Assembly (NCBI RefSeq): GCF_001194135.2
Contig: NC_068982.1
Span: 88,177,895-88,219,226, forward strand
DNA from: Octopus bimaculoides
Lineage: Eukaryota
Direction: 5' to 3'
Length of the DNA: 41,332 nt
The notes below the pieces were generated by a model that worked only from the letters and a program-made list of their open reading frames with translations, was not told the DNA's origin and did not search any database. Each line of letters starts with the position of its first letter. Position 1 is the stretch's first letter. The position numbers were made by a program, and so were the translations under genes. Shown here piece after piece: positions 37,109 through 41,332 of the stretch.

Positions 37109-38081
37109 TGTTGAAAAGAAAAAAAATAATAAGACTAAATAATTTCTTTTAAGACGATGTTTCTCACCTTAAGTAGTCTGAAGTATGATCGTTATTGAAG
37201 CTGAAGATGAATTATAAATGTTGATCTTCTATGAAAATCAATTGTCTGCTGTTCAGGACATCATAAAATAATACCGTATAAAAACTTCATTGAAATTTTG
37301 GAAAAGTGTTCTAGTTCTTTCCATAATTTGCTTCAGAAAGAGGATCAACACCAAAAGTCTTCCACTTCAACTTAAGTAGAATAAAATAAGAATGACATTT
37401 CTATAGAATATTTTAATGTTAAAATAGACTTCAAATTAATACCAATTGCAGGTGCGTTTTGCTGATTAAACATGTAGAATTTATTTTCAACGAAAAAGAA
37501 ATTATAAAAAATTTAAATCTAGTGTGCCACTAATTATCTAAGTTTATAGTTTGAAGATTATTTTTAGTGATTACACTTCAATATCAACATTGCGAAAAAA
37601 TAATGAATATGAAATAAGGAGATGCATAAATTTTCATTAATTCCAAGCTTTTCTCAGAGACCTAAGAATTTCCAGAAGTTTTTCTACAAATCATGTGGAT
37701 TCCTGAATCGAAGCAATATAGTTTAATATTAAAAACTGATCACTTGATTTACGCACTTTTCTTATCCTCATTTTGTTATATTGCTTTCACTATACGGATG
37801 TTACTCATTCATCACACGTTACACTGAACTCAGTTGATTAACAGTGCTTAAGAACCAGTCGTAGCTTTCGAATATTTACTGATGTTTTCAACAAATGGTT
37901 CGGTTACCTGTAGATGTTTGTCAGTGATAGCAAATATTATTCACAGATCAGAGTTACAATATAGACTAGACCAAATTTCTAAAATATCATCGCAAAATAG
38001 ATTTTTAGTCTCATCTCATTCACAGCAGTGAGAAATAAGTTATTAAGAACAGTAATAAACGAGTGAAGAAATATGTATATA

Positions 38082-38439
38082 NNNNNNNNNNNNNNNNNNN
38101 NNNNNNNNNNNNNNNNNNNNNNNNNNNNNNNNNNNNNNNNNNNNNNNNNNNNNNNNNNNNNNNNNNNNNNNNNNNNNNNNNNNNNNNNNNNNNNNNNNNN
38201 NNNNNNNNNNNNNNNNNNNNNNNNNNNNNNNNNNNNNNNNNNNNNNNNNNNNNNNNNNNNNNNNNNNNNNNNNNNNNNNNNNNNNNNNNNNNNNNNNNNN
38301 NNNNNNNNNNNNNNNNNNNNNNNNNNNNNNNNNNNNNNNNNNNNNNNNNNNNNNNNNNNNNNNNNNNNNNNNNNNNNNNNNNNNNNNNNNNNNNNNNNNN
38401 NNNNNNNNNNNNNNNNNNNNNNNNNNNNNNNNNNNNNNN

Positions 38440-38480
<41 letters not shown>

Positions 38481-38492
38481 GAGAAAGAGAGA
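38082..38492. repeat. assembly gap (38082-38439) followed by (GA)n
   Basis: Direct. Confidence 0.95.
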
Positions 38493-38816
38493 GCATGTGT
38501 TTATATGGCAAGAAAAATAAAAATGACCATCCTGTAATACAACAATAGCTGTTTCAACACCCGATTTCACATCAGGAATCTTGCGACACAAATTGATAAA
38601 TATGATATTCGTAGACAGAATTTAGTCATGTATACAATAATAAATCAATATTCATGGAGCATCCTAAGATGCTGGTTTTAGAATTGCATCCACAATGATG
38701 CCAACCGAGAAGTAAATGTTTGTTTGGGGGAGATCATGTAGTATAACATATCTCGCGAAACAGTGTTTTCAGAGGTTTACTTCTAAAAATCATTCAACCA
38801 CATTGGTTATCATAAT

Positions 38817-38833
38817 GCTCTCTCTCTCTCTCG

Positions 38834-38888
<55 letters not shown>

Positions 38889-39660
38889 NNNNNNNNNNNN
38901 NNNNNNNNNNNNNNNNNNNNNNNNNNNNNNNNNNNNNNNNNNNNNNNNNNNNNNNNNNNNNNNNNNNNNNNNNNNNNNNNNNNNNNNNNNNNNNNNNNNN
39001 NNNNNNNNNNNNNNNNNNNNNNNNNNNNNNNNNNNNNNNNNNNNNNNNNNNNNNNNNNNNNNNNNNNNNNNNNNNNNNNNNNNNNNNNNNNNNNNNNNNN
39101 NNNNNNNNNNNNNNNNNNNNNNNNNNNNNNNNNNNNNNNNNNNNNNNNNNNNNNNNNNNNNNNNNNNNNNNNNNNNNNNNNNNNNNNNNNNNNNNNNNNN
39201 NNNNNNNNNNNNNNNNNNNNNNNNNNNNNNNNNNNNNNNNNNNNNNNNNNNNNNNNNNNNNNNNNNNNNNNNNNNNNNNNNNNNNNNNNNNNNNNNNNNN
39301 NNNNNNNNNNNNNNNNNNNNNNNNNNNNNNNNNNNNNNNNNNNNNNNNNNNNNNNNNNNNNNNNNNNNNNNNNNNNNNNNNNNNNNNNNNNNNNNNNNNN
39401 NNNNNNNNNNNNNNNNNNNNNNNNNNNNNNNNNNNNNNNNNNNNNNNNNNNNNNNNNNNNNNNNNNNNNNNNNNNNNNNNNNNNNNNNNNNNNNNNNNNN
39501 NNNNNNNNNNNNNNNNNNNNNNNNNNNNNNNNNNNNNNNNNNNNNNNNNNNNNNNNNNNNNTCCCTCTCCCCCTCCCCCTCTCCCCACTCTCTCCCTCCC
39601 CTCTCTCCCTATATATATATATATATACATACACATACATGCATGCATACATACATGCAG
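38817..39660. repeat. (CT)n(CA)n, assembly gap (38889-39561), then CT-rich/(TA)n/(CATA)n
   Basis: Direct. Confidence 0.95.
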
Positions 39661-40038
39661 TAGGCATGACTGTGTGATATGAAGCTTGCTTCCCCATCAG
39701 TGTTCAGTCCCACTGTCTGGCAGCTTGGGCAAGTGTCTTCTGTCATAGCATCGGGCCGACCAAAAGTAGATGGAATGGGAAAGAAGATATATATGTGTGT
39801 GTGTATGTGTGAGTGAGTGTGAATGTATGCGTGTTTGTGTGTCGTTTCTGTGTTTGGCCTCCAGCACCACTTGGAAATAGGTGTTGGTGTATATACGTTT
39901 TCGTAACTTAGCGGTTCAGCTTAAGTAACCGATAAAATAAGTACTCGAATTAAACAAATAAGTCCTGTGGTCGATTTATTCGACTGAAACCCTTCAAGGA
40001 GGTGCCCCAGCAGGACCGCTAAAACAAGTAAAAAATAA
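39661..40038 (+). mobile_element. SINE family A, degenerate full-length copy
   Basis: GGCATGACTGTGTG...GTTCAGTCCCACTG...TTGGGCAAGTGTCTTC...GGGCCGACCAAA...(TG)...GTAACTTAGCGGTTC...GGTCGATTTATTCGACT...AAACAAGTAAAA. Confidence 0.88.
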
Positions 40039-40052
40039 TATATATATATATG

Positions 40053-41221
40053 ATCATCCCATAAATGATGCGGTTTTTAATACTTTTATTTTTCAAAATT
40101 AAGATAAGCAAAGTTCTTTTTTAATCTAAAATATACTCTCCTTCATTTTCTGCAATGCTCTTCCATGTCTTTTGTAGACTTGCAAGGCCCCTTTTACAAA
40201 ATTCCCTTACCTGTGGCGAAAAAGTACTCCAGTATTGTTCTGACCACGTCTACAAAATTCATATTTAAATACTGCGGAATAAATGATAAGATGGGTCAAT
40301 GTCCGGCGAATATGGTGGGTGGGGCATCAATTTCCATTTAAATTACTCCAGACTTTGGAATACCATCCTCACTGTATGTCTTGAAACCAAATAGTGTCGT
40401 TTTACTTCTAGTGCTGACTTAAGCCGTTCAAGCTGCTCGCAGTAGATCTTCTTTGTTATCGTTTGGTCTGAGTTTAACGTTCAAAGTGGACTAAACATTT
40501 CATATCTCATCAAACAGATAACAACACCTCATGTAGGTGAAGCCTTTCTTTAGCCTGGGGCGCCGTTGTTTTTCCTTTCCCTACCCACTGTCATCGACTC
40601 TTGACATTTTTATACAAAACTCATTTCTCCTCACTAGTCACTATTCGGTCCAGAAAAGGTTCATTCCTGAGACGTGACATCAAAGATTAGACTTGGAAAA
40701 TTTGTGAGGATCCCATTGACTCAAGTTGCTGATTTTCGTGTCGATGAATGGCTGAATGACCGAATCCAAGCTCCTCTGGTAGTTCGTCAACAGTTACGAT
40801 GGGATTTTGCTCCACCAGCGTTTGCAAGATATCCTCGTCGAGCTCTACAGTTCTCCCAGGACGAGGCTCGTCTTCTAGGCTGTTGTTTCCGGGTCAGAAT
40901 TTCTGGAACCACCGCTAACCCTGGCTTACGCTTATCATCCAAACCTCATATATTGCATTAATATTCTGCGCACTTTCCGTTGCGTTGTTGCCTTTATTGA
41001 ACTCATAAAGCAAAATATACCAAGTTCACTCCTTTGTCACTTTCATTGTAACTTTGAAAAGATAACTGTTAAAATCGAACTGCAATCTTCAAAACTTACA
41101 CTAAGAATAGGTACAAAGTAAAGTTGCTACCTGCTTTTGTAGCAAGTTGATGCGGGTAGCTTATCCCGTCCCCATCCGACTTTTAGTTCATGCAATTGAA
41201 AAAACCGCATTATTTATGGAA

Positions 41222-41225
<4 letters not shown>
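40053..41225 (-). mobile_element. mariner relic, cecropia/Hsmar1-like TIRs, inserted in (TA)n
   Basis: 26-bp TIRs ATCATCCCATAAATGATGCGGTTTTT / revcomp TTCATTCCATAAATAATGCGGTTTTT. Minus-strand peptides: LYEFNKGNNATESAQNI, RWFQKF, LEDEPRPGRTVELDEDIL...VEQNP, PHPPYSPDIDP, WKSIAENEGEYILD. Confidence 0.92.
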
Positions 41226-41254
<29 letters not shown>

Positions 41255-41256
<2 letters not shown>

Positions 41257-41332
41257 GAGATTATACAAAAAATAACAACAGACGAGGACAGGTGGTGTAA
41301 ATAACAAAAGTATATATTAGTATGACGCTCGG
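41255..41332. mobile_element. end of another short interspersed element inserted in (TA)n, running off the window
   Basis: Non-repeat sequence starts abruptly after (TA)n; AACAACAGACGAGGACA...TGTAAATAAC loosely resembles the post-hammerhead tail at 10508-10560. Confidence 0.35.

Noticed and set aside
28473-39697. Long ORFs (160-315 aa) made mostly of X
   Set aside because: They span N gaps.

Overview
AT-rich eukaryotic scaffold, dense in microsatellites, with eight N-gaps, most abutting simple repeats. The SINE, LINE and mariner content suggests an octopus/cephalopod genome (inference from recalled repeat families, not a database hit). No intact, recognisable host gene was found; almost all long ORFs in the track are microsatellite or N artefacts. 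The window is a transposon graveyard: a decayed RTE LINE (~7790-9450, -), a decayed Penelope-like RT resembling the Naiad clade (~11050-12121, -), a cluster of R4/Dong-clade LINE relics associated with (TAA)n (15128-20770), two mariner relics with TIRs (31869-32986; 40053-41225), and more than 15 tRNA-derived SINE copies of at least 3 families. Most interesting: (1) a tRNA-headed short element carrying a minimal type I hammerhead-ribozyme fold (10462-10507); (2) a second hammerhead-like core inside the spacer of a fold-back element (1547-1814); (3) a ~0.9-kb inversion between (CA)n and (TG)n tracts that, once undone, restores both a continuous ~3-kb R4/Dong LINE and an intact SINE, with a 104-bp palindrome at one breakpoint; (4) in-frame TGA codons in the Naiad-like RT, a clade with known selenoprotein members. 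A few weak candidate exons are flagged at low confidence.
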